From Candidatus Obscuribacterales bacterium (lineage in GTDB: Bacteria > Cyanobacteriota > Vampirovibrionia > Obscuribacterales > Obscuribacteraceae), in NCBI GenBank assembly GCA_965228855.1, contig CBDDIJ010000002.1, positions 672,001 to 736,000 on the forward strand: 64,000 nucleotides of DNA. The letters run 5' to 3'. Each line of letters opens with the position of its first letter. The stretch's first letter is position 1. Position numbers and translations under genes: made by a program. Below the pieces are notes generated by a model. That model searched no databases, was not told the origin of the DNA, and was given only the letters and a program-made list of their open reading frames with translations. Below, in pieces: positions 38,381 to 48,223 of the stretch.

Positions 38381-39358
38381 CTAGTTGCCGCCGAGATTCT
38401 TCTGGAGGAAGTTCTGCATCGCAGCCTCGTCGGCGAAGCCGTCAAGTTTGTCGATGACCTTTCCGTCCTTCACGACCGCGATGGCGGGACACTCCTTCGA
38501 GCCCAGCCAGGCGCAGGCGTTGGGCGCCTTGTCCTTCTGGAGGCGAACGAAGCGTGCCTTGTTCGAAAACGTCCCCGCCAGCTTTTCGTAAACCGGAATT
38601 TCCGTGGCACAGTTGACGCATCCACCGGAAACCAGCACAACGACGGTTCCACACTGGCTGCCGACGGTGAGCGGGAAGTCCGAGTCATCGACGACGGTGA
38701 CACCATCGGCAGTGCTCGCCACCTGATGCCGCGTGTCCGTGCTCACCGACTGAACCTCACTGGACGTCATCGCCATGTGATGATGACTGTGTCCGGCGAA
38801 CGCCGCAGGCCACACTGTCATGATCAGCATGACCAGCGACATCATGAAGTGCGCGCCGTCCTGTCCAAAAGAAAGCCACGAGGGCTTCTTGAAGTCGAGA
38901 CTGAGCCGGTAGACGTAGTACGAACCGAACCAGGTCCAGTAGGCGGCGAAGGCGAGCGTCACCAGCCAGTGCTGGATCGGCTGCGCGAACATCCAGTACA
39001 TGCCGAACAGCATGGCGGCGTGCGCGAAGTCGTACCACTGCTTGTTGTACGCGAGCTTGCGACCATAGGTGAAAGCGCGCACCAGATACCAGAGCGTGCC
39101 GATTGTGAACAGCGAGGTCCACACGAACACCGGCACCGGCAGCCACGCAGGCGTGAGGCACGCGGACATGCCGAGCAGACAGGCACCGTGCCAGAATTCG
39201 TTTTCGCCGTCGTAGTAGCCGTTGGCCGTCCGCAGATAGCCGGGGCTCACGAGACGAAACAGATAGAAGAGAGTGCCGCCGAAGAACAACAGCGACAAAG
39301 CGACAGAGACCCAGTCGAAACTCATCGATTGAGTCATCATGTGGTGGTCATGATGCAT
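38381..39358 (-). CDS. Membrane protein (DUF5134-like, His/Met helices) fused to a thioredoxin domain
   Basis: MHHDHHMM N-terminus; HGACLLGM, HAAMLFGM and HFMMSLVM helices; C-terminal GCVNC...CP thioredoxin fold. Confidence 0.75.
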   Translation of the reverse strand: MHHDHHMMTQSMSFDWVSVALSLLFFGGTLFYLFRLVSPGYLRTANGYYDGENEFWHGACLLGMSACLTPAWLPVPVFVWTSLFTIGTLWYLVRAFTYGRKLAYNKQWYDFAHAAMLFGMYWMFAQPIQHWLVTLAFAAYWTWFGSYYVYRLSLDFKKPSWLSFGQDGAHFMMSLVMLIMTVWPAAFAGHSHHHMAMTSSEVQSVSTDTRHQVASTADGVTVVDDSDFPLTVGSQCGTVVVLVSGGCVNCATEIPVYEKLAGTFSNKARFVRLQKDKAPNACAWLGSKECPAIAVVKDGKVIDKLDGFADEAAMQNFLQKNLGGN

Positions 39359-39685
39359 AGCAAATCTCCATGCGTTTATTGTGAAACCGAGAGAAGCTCC
39401 GCTCCGAATCGACACTCGCGAACTCAGCACGCAAGCAACACCACCGACGAACAACACTCGCTCGCACAAAGTCACGAGAGAGAGTTATCAGAGTCAGCAG
39501 GAGAACGTGCGGTAAGTCGAATGTGTTTCCAGAACGAGAAGTTTGAAAGTCACATTAGCCTACAAATATGAGCCGGCAGAATTGAACTTGAGAACCTCAA
39601 TATCGGCACAAAACCACGGCAATCGCCCCAAAATCCACCAACCTCGCCTAGCGCAGCCAATAATCCCCTTCCCGGGGATACGCTA

Positions 39686-39720
39686 AGGCCCTCTTCACAG
39701 GGATGAGATGAAGAGGGCCT
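39686..39720 (-). terminator. Hairpin downstream of the TPR gene
   Basis: AGGCCCTCTTCA / TGAAGAGGGCCT stem. Confidence 0.55.
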
Positions 39721-39758
39721 CAGCAGTGAGCAGCAATGTCGAAGAACCGCCTGCGCGG

Positions 39759-40385
39759 TTACTTCCGAAGTCTTCTCATTCGCGCCAGGTCATTACGCGC
39801 GATTATGATTTGCGAATCGTCTTCCGAATAGGTGTTCTGATACGTGGTTACAGAGCGCAAGTACATCGCCTCTGCCGTCTCGTAATCGCCAAGCATCTCG
39901 TGAACTCGTCCAAGTTTATGCACCACGAAAGCGGCTTGTTCGCTAATTTTGCCGTACGCTTTTTCTTGAATAGCCAAAGCTGGCTCCAGATGCGCTTTTG
40001 CCTCTGTAAACTGATCCAGTTTGTAATTCACAAAAGCCAGTTCGATGAGAACAGGCGCAACTGCTGGATGCTTTTCACCGTAAGATTTCTGGGCAAACAC
40101 AAGAGCCTTTTCCAGTGTTTCAGCCGCTTTCACAACATTATCGTTTCGCAAATAATGGCGAACAAGTTTGTTGTAAACCTCGATTACCGACTCCTTGCTG
40201 GACTTGTCGTTTTGCAATTCGCTCAGACGGCTAATGATGCCTGCTTCAACTTCCGCATCAGCAACAGCTCCGACCGGGATCGTCGTCGTCATCGTGATGC
40301 CGATTTCTCCCGGAGAGAAATCCTCCATCTCGCTTGCGATCGTAGAACTAAAAGTGTTCGTCACGGTGTATCGAGTTTCGGTCAT
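39759..40385 (-). CDS. Tetratricopeptide repeat protein
   Basis: YGEKHPAVA...LA, AKAHLEPALAIQEKAYG, AEAMYLRS repeats. Confidence 0.85.
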   Translation of the reverse strand: MTETRYTVTNTFSSTIASEMEDFSPGEIGITMTTTIPVGAVADAEVEAGIISRLSELQNDKSSKESVIEVYNKLVRHYLRNDNVVKAAETLEKALVFAQKSYGEKHPAVAPVLIELAFVNYKLDQFTEAKAHLEPALAIQEKAYGKISEQAAFVVHKLGRVHEMLGDYETAEAMYLRSVTTYQNTYSEDDSQIIIARNDLARMRRLRK

Positions 40386-40769
40386 CTTTGTTTCCCACCA
40401 TAAGCTAGTTGTGGAGCCGCTTTCCCAGTGGACTCGCGCCGCGCAATCGATGTTCCGACTGCTAACCGCTCGCGTTCTCCGTCGCAAGTGATATTCGGAG
40501 ATGCAAGGACGACTATCTTGAGATATCCAGCACGAGGATCCTGTGAACCACTTTAAGTTATCTAAAAGTGCTGTCAAGGGACGAGTCTTTTAACCTTCAA
40601 GGGTCAAACAGCAGGCGCTTCGGAAACAAGCACCAACACTGACTTTCCAAAGCTCGCTTTGCAACACCCGCCGGCAATATCAGAGGAATTTAAACTTGCG
40701 CGTTTCGGTTGCCACGGTTGAACAGTTTCTACTCGAACGACTGACCGCAATATCAGTCAAAGACCACAT

Positions 40770-41897
40770 CTACATCTGGCTGGCCGCAAAGTAAGGCGCA
40801 AGGTTCGAAAACGTCTCCACGTCTTTGATAATAGCTTGCGGAATCAGGCTTGGGGACTCTTGTTTGATGCTCGGCATCTTTTTGATGGCAGTGCCAATAG
40901 CGAGCAATTCGATAACGCCGCCGCCTAGATCGTAAACGTAAGTTTTCACACCAACAACGTCCTCAGCACCACAACCAGCCGCGTCTTCCTCAATCATTGA
41001 CAGGGCCTTGATTCTAGCCTGATAGATCAGGTACGTAAGTTCTTTCACCTCGCCTCGAACAAAGCTCTTCAGCATCGCTTTGACACCACCGGCGAAACCA
41101 ACAGAAAAAACCGATACGCCCAAAACCAGCTTCACAGGAACATAGCCGGCGTGAATCACGTTCCACATCTCTTCGTTCGTAAGGTCGCTTGTAATAGGCG
41201 CCTCCGTATACTCGGCGGGCAGACCGGGATGGTGCGAAGCGGTTCCAATCATCAGCATTTCTTGAATGCCTATTAAAGATGAAATCGTAGTTTGAATACC
41301 AAGCACCGCATTCGCTCCAGCTTCACGAGCTTCAGCGGTAATTCTCTCAAGAGCAAGGTGGCGTGTCTTGTTTAGCATATTCGAGTACTCGATTACTTCA
41401 CCACTTTTCAAACTGCGCAGCGCGCCCATGACACCACCGCCGACACCAATTGAGTAGGCGACGTTTCCGAACACAAACTGAACCGGATTGAACCCACAAT
41501 CCAGCTGGCAATACAATTCCTGGCCATTCGCCGACGTGGAGAAGACGTGGTCGTCCGCGTGCGGTTTGTATCCTTTATGATGGATGGTCGAGCCGATAGA
41601 AAGATATTCGATATTCGTGTCATGAAAAATCAGTTGGCTGGTTACGCCAGTGACACCCTCTCCGCCGTGCCGGCGAGCCTCTTCCACCATCCGCATATAA
41701 GACAGTTGCCGGCCCTCGCGAATGATGTGCGTCATCTCGTGCACCTCGCCGCCACCGATCGTCTTCAGACTCGACGCCACACTGCCGACGACACCAAGCG
41801 CAAAAACGCTGTTCCCGACAACAAGATTCCCAGGCTCGAAGCCCTTTTCCCGAAGACAATAAAGTTCGTTTCCTGACAATCCAGTGATAATCGGCAT
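40770..41897 (-). CDS. YbjQ/UPF0145 heavy-metal-binding domain protein (three domains)
   Basis: Three repeats of the GEV.E...R..A...M...A...GA..V.GV...IGTA pattern. Confidence 0.85.
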   Translation of the reverse strand: MPIITGLSGNELYCLREKGFEPGNLVVGNSVFALGVVGSVASSLKTIGGGEVHEMTHIIREGRQLSYMRMVEEARRHGGEGVTGVTSQLIFHDTNIEYLSIGSTIHHKGYKPHADDHVFSTSANGQELYCQLDCGFNPVQFVFGNVAYSIGVGGGVMGALRSLKSGEVIEYSNMLNKTRHLALERITAEAREAGANAVLGIQTTISSLIGIQEMLMIGTASHHPGLPAEYTEAPITSDLTNEEMWNVIHAGYVPVKLVLGVSVFSVGFAGGVKAMLKSFVRGEVKELTYLIYQARIKALSMIEEDAAGCGAEDVVGVKTYVYDLGGGVIELLAIGTAIKKMPSIKQESPSLIPQAIIKDVETFSNLAPYFAASQM

Positions 41898-41941
41898 AGT
41901 TAACCTCCTGACGGTTCGGTCAGAAGATCCTACGCCCTTGA

Positions 41942-43693
41942 CTAATCGTTGGCGAGCGTGACGCCGGAACCGCTCGTCGACGCTTGCGACTTGGCGCGCT
42001 CCGCTTCACCGAGCAGGCTGCCCAGATCCGGGGCATCATCAGGGTGACTGGCAACCCCAATGGCGGCAAAGACAGGCGAGCCACCGGCGGACTCAAGTCC
42101 GGACTCGGACAGCTGTTTCACGAGCCGCTCTGCGATTCGTGCCGCCTTTTCGGCGCGGACTCCAAGCAAAATGACAGCGAAATCGGTTTCCTCATAATGG
42201 GCAAATATGTTGCGCGAACTCGTCAGCTTGTCGACCTTATACGCGAGCTCCTGCACCTGTTCTACGGTCAATTGCGGTTTAGCCCTGGAAGGTCCGGCCT
42301 TCATTTCGATCAGCAAAACCGACAGCGGCATCGTCGAACACTTTATCTGAACACCAAGGAGAAACAGAAAAGCGGCGTAAGAGAAGATTCCCGTCTTTTC
42401 CGCAATCATTCCCTGCCGCACAGACTCGATGAGCCCGGAGTTGATGTCCTTGGGCTGCAAGAACGCATTGATGTGTTCCGCCGGCTCGCACAGTTCAATT
42501 ACCTTCAACCGCAACAGGTTTGAAACAATCGGCACCCACTGGCTACGCGGCAAATCCAGCTCGTTGACGATATCTTCAAGCACCTCGCGACCGTCGACTT
42601 CAACATAGAAATCCTTGAGTTTAGCCATGTCGAGCGGATCGCCCTTAGCCATGATCGCTTCAAATTCTGCCTCGGTCAAATCTTCATTCGTCTGCTCGAA
42701 AACCGACGACATGCGAACGCCCTGCTTCATGAGCGAATTGGTGTGATCGAGCAACAAACAGCCTTCGAGTATCAGTGACTCAAGACTTCTATTAATGGTT
42801 TTCTCGTCGGTCTTGAGCTTGGGCTCAAACATAAAATCGCCCTCGCTCCAGCAAACAACCTGGAGGAAGCAATCATCGCCGACGCCCTTCGTTCCCTCGG
42901 CGTGAACAGGCGTGCCGTTTAAGAAAAAGATGTCCGCGTAGACGCTGGCATGGCGCTGAATTTTCAACCTGCCTGACATGGCGCCCATGCCGATTGACTG
43001 CAAAAGATTCGTGATATGAACCAGCTTCAGATTCCCTTTGAGCATCTCCTCTTTGGGAAGGAGAGCAAGCGTATCATCGATGGGCAGGTTCGTAAAAGTC
43101 TGATGAGAAGCGGGTTCCTGACTCTTCACTTTGGTGTAGCTCTTCTTGCTCAGAGCACCGGCCGATTGTTTGACTGGTATTGCTGCACCAGCGGGTGGAG
43201 AAGGCGCCGAATTATACGAAGGAGTTGCTGGGGTCAATGTTGAAGAACTGATACCCGCTTGACCCGAGTGTGGAACCGGCTTGGGCTTTGGTGCCATCTT
43301 GGATGAGGAGCCTGAAAACGGCACGGGTGGTGGCGGCGTGCTCGGTCTATTTCCGCCGAACGCTGGCATGCTGCTCGACGCTCCACCATGATTTTTCGCC
43401 GACGCTTCGCGAATCAATTCTCGAATAATTACAGGATCATCTGTAGCCAAATACCAGAGTTCTACAGCTTCTTTGCCGTCACCGGAAAACATCCTCCACT
43501 CGCATCCCTCGTCGATAGAACCACCGCGTTCAATCGAGAGCGCAAAATTCCGGTCGTCAGGCAGGGTCCACCCAAGATAGAACTTTACGCCCGGCTCGCG
43601 GGACGCGTCGTCCATAATCCCTTCAAGGTCTTCCGGAGCCGGCTCTTTGGGAAGAATTTTAAATCGTTGCGAATCCGTGGACTGTTCAAGCAT
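41942..43693 (-). CDS. DUF4388 plus degenerate GGDEF domain protein
   Basis: LKGNLKLVHITNLLQSI...SGRL...W.EGDF.F; GGDEF position reads YEETDF. Confidence 0.8.
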   Translation of the reverse strand: MLEQSTDSQRFKILPKEPAPEDLEGIMDDASREPGVKFYLGWTLPDDRNFALSIERGGSIDEGCEWRMFSGDGKEAVELWYLATDDPVIIRELIREASAKNHGGASSSMPAFGGNRPSTPPPPVPFSGSSSKMAPKPKPVPHSGQAGISSSTLTPATPSYNSAPSPPAGAAIPVKQSAGALSKKSYTKVKSQEPASHQTFTNLPIDDTLALLPKEEMLKGNLKLVHITNLLQSIGMGAMSGRLKIQRHASVYADIFFLNGTPVHAEGTKGVGDDCFLQVVCWSEGDFMFEPKLKTDEKTINRSLESLILEGCLLLDHTNSLMKQGVRMSSVFEQTNEDLTEAEFEAIMAKGDPLDMAKLKDFYVEVDGREVLEDIVNELDLPRSQWVPIVSNLLRLKVIELCEPAEHINAFLQPKDINSGLIESVRQGMIAEKTGIFSYAAFLFLLGVQIKCSTMPLSVLLIEMKAGPSRAKPQLTVEQVQELAYKVDKLTSSRNIFAHYEETDFAVILLGVRAEKAARIAERLVKQLSESGLESAGGSPVFAAIGVASHPDDAPDLGSLLGEAERAKSQASTSGSGVTLAND

Positions 43694-43913
43694 TTAGTTG
43701 CTGATAATTGTTATGTGTCTCTGCCGAAATTTACTCTTAAAACATTGTACCCAGCCAAACTTCGATCATCTTTCCGATCACAAATAGCCCGAAAGTTCTC
43801 GATGGTGAATTTTTACCGGCAAGGCTGCCTACACCGCTCTGACAGCCTTATACAGATGTTTGCCGTCGCCAGTCGGCCACATGGAATTTCTTTGGAAACC
43901 GTTTCAGATTGTC

Positions 43914-44579
43914 TCAATAATCCAAATCGACGAGTTCTTGCTCGGTGAATAGATAGACATCCGGATCCGAAAACGCATAGCCAGCCGATGACTCGTGCAC
44001 TTTGGAATCCGTCACTCCGGCATCAACGTAGAGGGAGGAAACTGGGACAGTCACGGTCCCTCGAGACAACGACTGAAGCTCAAAAGATTCCCCGGATCGA
44101 AACAAAGCTGTTGACCAGCACCCACTCTCATTCTTCCTGTGAACCTCTACAATCATCTCTCGCTGGTGAACAATAAGATACTCTTTCAGGCTCTCGAGAT
44201 AGCGGTAATTCGTCAGCTTCTCACGTCTATCGATGGCGGCCGTCGATGGCGATAAAACTTCGGCGATAAGAACCGGAGCCTCAATTACATCGCCTTCGGC
44301 GCCAAGGTCTTCGCAAGCGACCATGACGTCCGGGTAGTAAAACGCCTTTACTTGCTTGATGAACACCTTCACCGCTTCCACATACGGTCTACAGGGTCTG
44401 TTCCGAAGCGACTCGTGCAGAAGTGCAAAAAAGTTTCCTACGATGATGTTATGTCGGCGGGTTGCTCCTGCCATCGCAAACATCTGCCCATCCACGTACT
44501 CATGCCGCGATGGAGATGACGCTTCCAGTTTCAAATAATCATCGATAAGTATGTATGACGCCTTTTTCTCAAGTGACAT
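43914..44579 (-). CDS. Uma2-family endonuclease
   Basis: RHEYVDGQMFAMAG, YYPDVMV, EVLSPSTAAIDRREK, EYLIV. Confidence 0.92.
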   Translation of the reverse strand: MSLEKKASYILIDDYLKLEASSPSRHEYVDGQMFAMAGATRRHNIIVGNFFALLHESLRNRPCRPYVEAVKVFIKQVKAFYYPDVMVACEDLGAEGDVIEAPVLIAEVLSPSTAAIDRREKLTNYRYLESLKEYLIVHQREMIVEVHRKNESGCWSTALFRSGESFELQSLSRGTVTVPVSSLYVDAGVTDSKVHESSAGYAFSDPDVYLFTEQELVDLDY

Positions 44580-44789
44580 CGCCCTTTCTCCAGCAACGAA
44601 TTCGATTCTACTACGCCAAAAGCTAGCCGGGAAGCTGTTTTAAACACCCTGAATCGCGTAGATCTTCGAAACTCGGATACGTTCGTCAAGGGTTTACTCA
44701 TGCATCTAGTAAAACAAGGCAACCGACGAATCGGCAGTATCCATAAGGGATACCACCGACTCGCCTGGTTGGGTGAAAACCAATTTCCG

Positions 44790-46004
44790 CTACGGGTAGT
44801 CGTATACCAGCGGCGGGCCGTAGAGACGGAATTTCGGCTGTTCAGCCGTCGGAAGCGGTTTTTCCAGAGCCTCCGCAGGGATTATCTCCAGCTGCGGCTG
44901 CGATGGTGTCTCAGAACGCACTATCCGTCCGCCTTTCGCGTAGTCGATTCGGACAACAGCACCGCCGTCGTCCAGAATCTTGTTTATGCTTTCTTCTCCC
45001 GGATACAGGATAGATTCAGGACGAGAGCCGTCCTTATTCATCTGGATGACACGAATCAACTCTCCGCCTGTGCCGCTACCAAAAGCGCGCTCTTCCACCT
45101 TGCGCAAAACCCCGTCGTTGTCGCGACGAAATTGCGTATAGGTTCGCTTCTCGTCTTTCGCCAGAAATGCGATGACGAGCCGATTGAAGTGCATATCGAC
45201 TTTCTGCAGCAGACGTCCATTCGCATCCGAATAGCCGGCAACGCGGCTGTACGGATCGAATGCGTATTCGAGAACAGTTGTCATTCCATCGTCGGCGAAG
45301 ACGTATCCTCTCTCGCCGATTTTGGTGCGAAACATCGTCGCCTGTTTCTTGCCATCCGGCGCATAGAGCGTGATTCCGAGTTCGAGCTCGTCCATCGTCA
45401 CGCTAATGCCGGCAAGCTGAGTTCCATCCCGCCGGTAGATTTTTTCGGAAACAAACTCTTTGAGACGTCCAAAGTTGCGCAAACGTTCGATAGTTTGCCC
45501 ATCTTCGAAGTAATAAGTTTGAGTGTAACGACCGTCGCGTTCGCCGCGACCGGAGCGTTCGAGCGTTCCGTCGCCTCGGTAAACATCATGCGTCACGAAT
45601 GTGATGCCGTCCTTGGCATAGGTGGCATGCGACTGCACCATACCGATGTCACCATTGATGGTGGCAAAGGTTCTGGTGCGCTCTGAAACGGTTCCATCAG
45701 GGCGGAACTTAATTTCCTCCTTTTGGCCGTCACGAAACTCGAGGTGGCGGGCGACTCTAACATCGTCGACCCAGCAATCATAACCTGCACGAATATTCGT
45801 GCTCTGTTCCGGCAGCAGAGCCGTTCTCGACAAACGACCAGGATAGGGATTCCCGTCGATGCCTGAGCATGGCTCGCGATTCGTCACCGGCGGATTCGAA
45901 GTTTTCCAGTCACGCTCAATCGAATCTTCCTTTGCGAAAAGAAAACCAATCGAGCCGGCTGAAACAATCAATAGTGCTAATAGTGTTATCACGTGCTTGC
46001 GCAT
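44790..46004 (-). CDS. Exported protein with MORN/YwqK-like beta-hairpin repeats
   Basis: N-terminal signal/TM; repeated (Y/F)RxDGT; paralog of 60833..62053. Confidence 0.75.
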   Translation of the reverse strand: MRKHVITLLALLIVSAGSIGFLFAKEDSIERDWKTSNPPVTNREPCSGIDGNPYPGRLSRTALLPEQSTNIRAGYDCWVDDVRVARHLEFRDGQKEEIKFRPDGTVSERTRTFATINGDIGMVQSHATYAKDGITFVTHDVYRGDGTLERSGRGERDGRYTQTYYFEDGQTIERLRNFGRLKEFVSEKIYRRDGTQLAGISVTMDELELGITLYAPDGKKQATMFRTKIGERGYVFADDGMTTVLEYAFDPYSRVAGYSDANGRLLQKVDMHFNRLVIAFLAKDEKRTYTQFRRDNDGVLRKVEERAFGSGTGGELIRVIQMNKDGSRPESILYPGEESINKILDDGGAVVRIDYAKGGRIVRSETPSQPQLEIIPAEALEKPLPTAEQPKFRLYGPPLVYDYP

Positions 46005-46066
46005 GGATAAGCTCCATCAGATACAACCCGCCTGCCTGGCGGATCTAGGCTTCTAGTTGCGGCACA

Positions 46067-46453
46067 TCACTGGGTGACTTTGATGTGCAGTGTGGCGTCG
46101 ATTTGCTCGTTAACGCCGTTGACTTTCTTGTTGGCGAGAACATGAATGTCAGCCTCACCGTATTTCACCGTGTAAAAACAAGCGACGGTCTTGATCGAAC
46201 CGCGCTCGTCCTTTTCGCTCGTCCAAAGCAGTGGTCCAGGGTCGATAGGATCAACGCTCAAACCGACAAAGGGACCGACGTTATCGGGCCGCGTCAGACA
46301 GAGCATTTCGCTAGCGCCGAGAGTCATCTCAGCAGGGAGTTCTGCAACGCTAACGAAATGCACCGGGATCGGGCGAATCATCGCGGACGCGACAGCGGAG
46401 AGACCAGTGACGAACAGGGCTCCGAGCGCAACAGCAGTCGACAGTTTATTCAT
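46067..46453 (-). CDS. Secreted hypothetical protein
   Basis: Signal peptide ending ASA; GGAG RBS. Confidence 0.7.
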   Translation of the reverse strand: MNKLSTAVALGALFVTGLSAVASAMIRPIPVHFVSVAELPAEMTLGASEMLCLTRPDNVGPFVGLSVDPIDPGPLLWTSEKDERGSIKTVACFYTVKYGEADIHVLANKKVNGVNEQIDATLHIKVTQ

Positions 46454-47212
46454 TTCATTCTCCAGCTTTGCTGTTCAGTTCCAAACCCGCAAGTTGTGGT
46501 TAAACTCAATCGCTCCAATCGATTTCGTTTTCACCAAACAGCTGCAGCCGTTCGCTACAACTCGCGGTCACATTCCAGCCATTCAACTGAACGGTGGAAC
46601 GCTTTCGAGAACAGCCGGGAAAGGCTGTTTTCGAAATGAGTTTGGTAACCGTTGCAACTAAAACTCGAGCGCGGTCCGATACAGCTGTAATTGAAACAGT
46701 GAAGTGAACTGACATTAGCGCATGAATACTGAGGTTGGCGATTTAGGATCTCAAAGCTCTTCAAAAAGACAAGAATTAAACACTAAACAGATTTGGCTTT
46801 TTCTCAAAATCAGACTGGTTGGAACGGGCTTCGCGGTAAAACCCTGGAATACGTTACACACCAACGCCTTGCGGGGATCCAGCCGTAAACTCAACTCGAC
46901 AATTGGCTAGCACTAGTAGATTAATTTCACACCATTTCTATATAACCAACCTCGCGCGGCTATCTCAAGGTTGGCAACTACAATCCAATGCCATTCCCCC
47001 AAAACACCCTTACCAATCAATCAGAGAAACGAGACCACGAACTAGAACGTATTCTTCCAACATTGACAGCAGTTTAGTAGCGAAACTACACTCGGATCAG
47101 GTAACCGCCAAAAACGCTTAGTTGGAATCCGCAGAGATTGGCACCGCATTGCGCAGCTAGCGCATGCATCGCTGTGTTTAGAAACCCCTTTTTCCCAGCA
47201 GGTTAAACCCTG

Positions 47213-48223
47213 ATGTTGCAGTTTTTTGGCTTCAAAAAAGACCGAGAGAAGAAACCCGTCACTCCAAGAAATGCCACCGCGGCACTGCCAGTTGCTGCCG
47301 ACAATCAAACAGGCAATGCCAACGCTATAAAGCTACCAACCACCTCGCTGCTTCCGCTATTCATAGGAAGTCCGTCGTCTTGCGATATCGACGTACCCGA
47401 GGAGAAGGAGCGGTTGCTCAAAATTATCGCGAAGTCTAAGTTTGCCGACCTGCCTGCAACGGTTTTCGACGAGAATTGGCTGGCTCAAATTCCCGCCGAT
47501 TGGATTATCCCGCCTCTGGAGCCGTTCTTCGATTATCTTCCCATAGAGGCACATCAAATAGAGATGCTGAGGGAACTTCGATGGCTGCTAGCAGTTAAGT
47601 GCACGGAACGCTACGATCGCCCTCTTTCCGCCTACCAATTCCTTCAGTTTCTCGCGGGTGAAATCATTCTGCACCATGACGCCATCTGCCTGGACGCTAG
47701 CTCCGGACGCACCTATACACGTTCCGAGGTGGACCGTATGCTTCAACGCGACGGCTCTTCTGCCCGAACTTTTACTGAATCCGAAACTCCGTCGTTGCGA
47801 CCTTTTCTAAGTGTGACTGCGACGCGCTACGGAGATAGAGTGTGGATGACCGGTCATGGTCTGGTGCGGTTTAGCTTGCCGGAATTCGAGATTAACTGCG
47901 TTGAACCGGATCTGGCAGACTCAACTGTTTATCTTTTGAACGGTTTAGCCCAGGCGTTAATCGAACGGACGATAGACGCACGTGAAAGAAACGTATCGGA
48001 AATTTCTTTGAACGAGCCATTGCTTATAAGCACCGAAGAGATAGTCAACGGAAACAGGGGCGACATGCCTTTTACCGCGTGCCTGCCTCGAACGGAATCG
48101 CTTAGATGGAAACTGGTCACGCGCGAAAGCGGACGGCGACTGAATCCGGACTATGAGAATCCGAAGGAGACAAACGCTGTTCTTCGTCGAATTCTAGGGA
48201 ATCTGAGCCTTCTAAAAATCTAG
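47213..48223 (+). CDS. Hypothetical protein
   Basis: 336-aa ORF; WMTGHGLVRFSLPEFEI segment. Confidence 0.7.
   Translation: MLQFFGFKKDREKKPVTPRNATAALPVAADNQTGNANAIKLPTTSLLPLFIGSPSSCDIDVPEEKERLLKIIAKSKFADLPATVFDENWLAQIPADWIIPPLEPFFDYLPIEAHQIEMLRELRWLLAVKCTERYDRPLSAYQFLQFLAGEIILHHDAICLDASSGRTYTRSEVDRMLQRDGSSARTFTESETPSLRPFLSVTATRYGDRVWMTGHGLVRFSLPEFEINCVEPDLADSTVYLLNGLAQALIERTIDARERNVSEISLNEPLLISTEEIVNGNRGDMPFTACLPRTESLRWKLVTRESGRRLNPDYENPKETNAVLRRILGNLSLLKI

Noticed and set aside
46903..46919. TTGGCTAGCACTAGTAG here, and CTACTAC at 44608, as further element copies
   Set aside because: No 54-bp core at the expected distance
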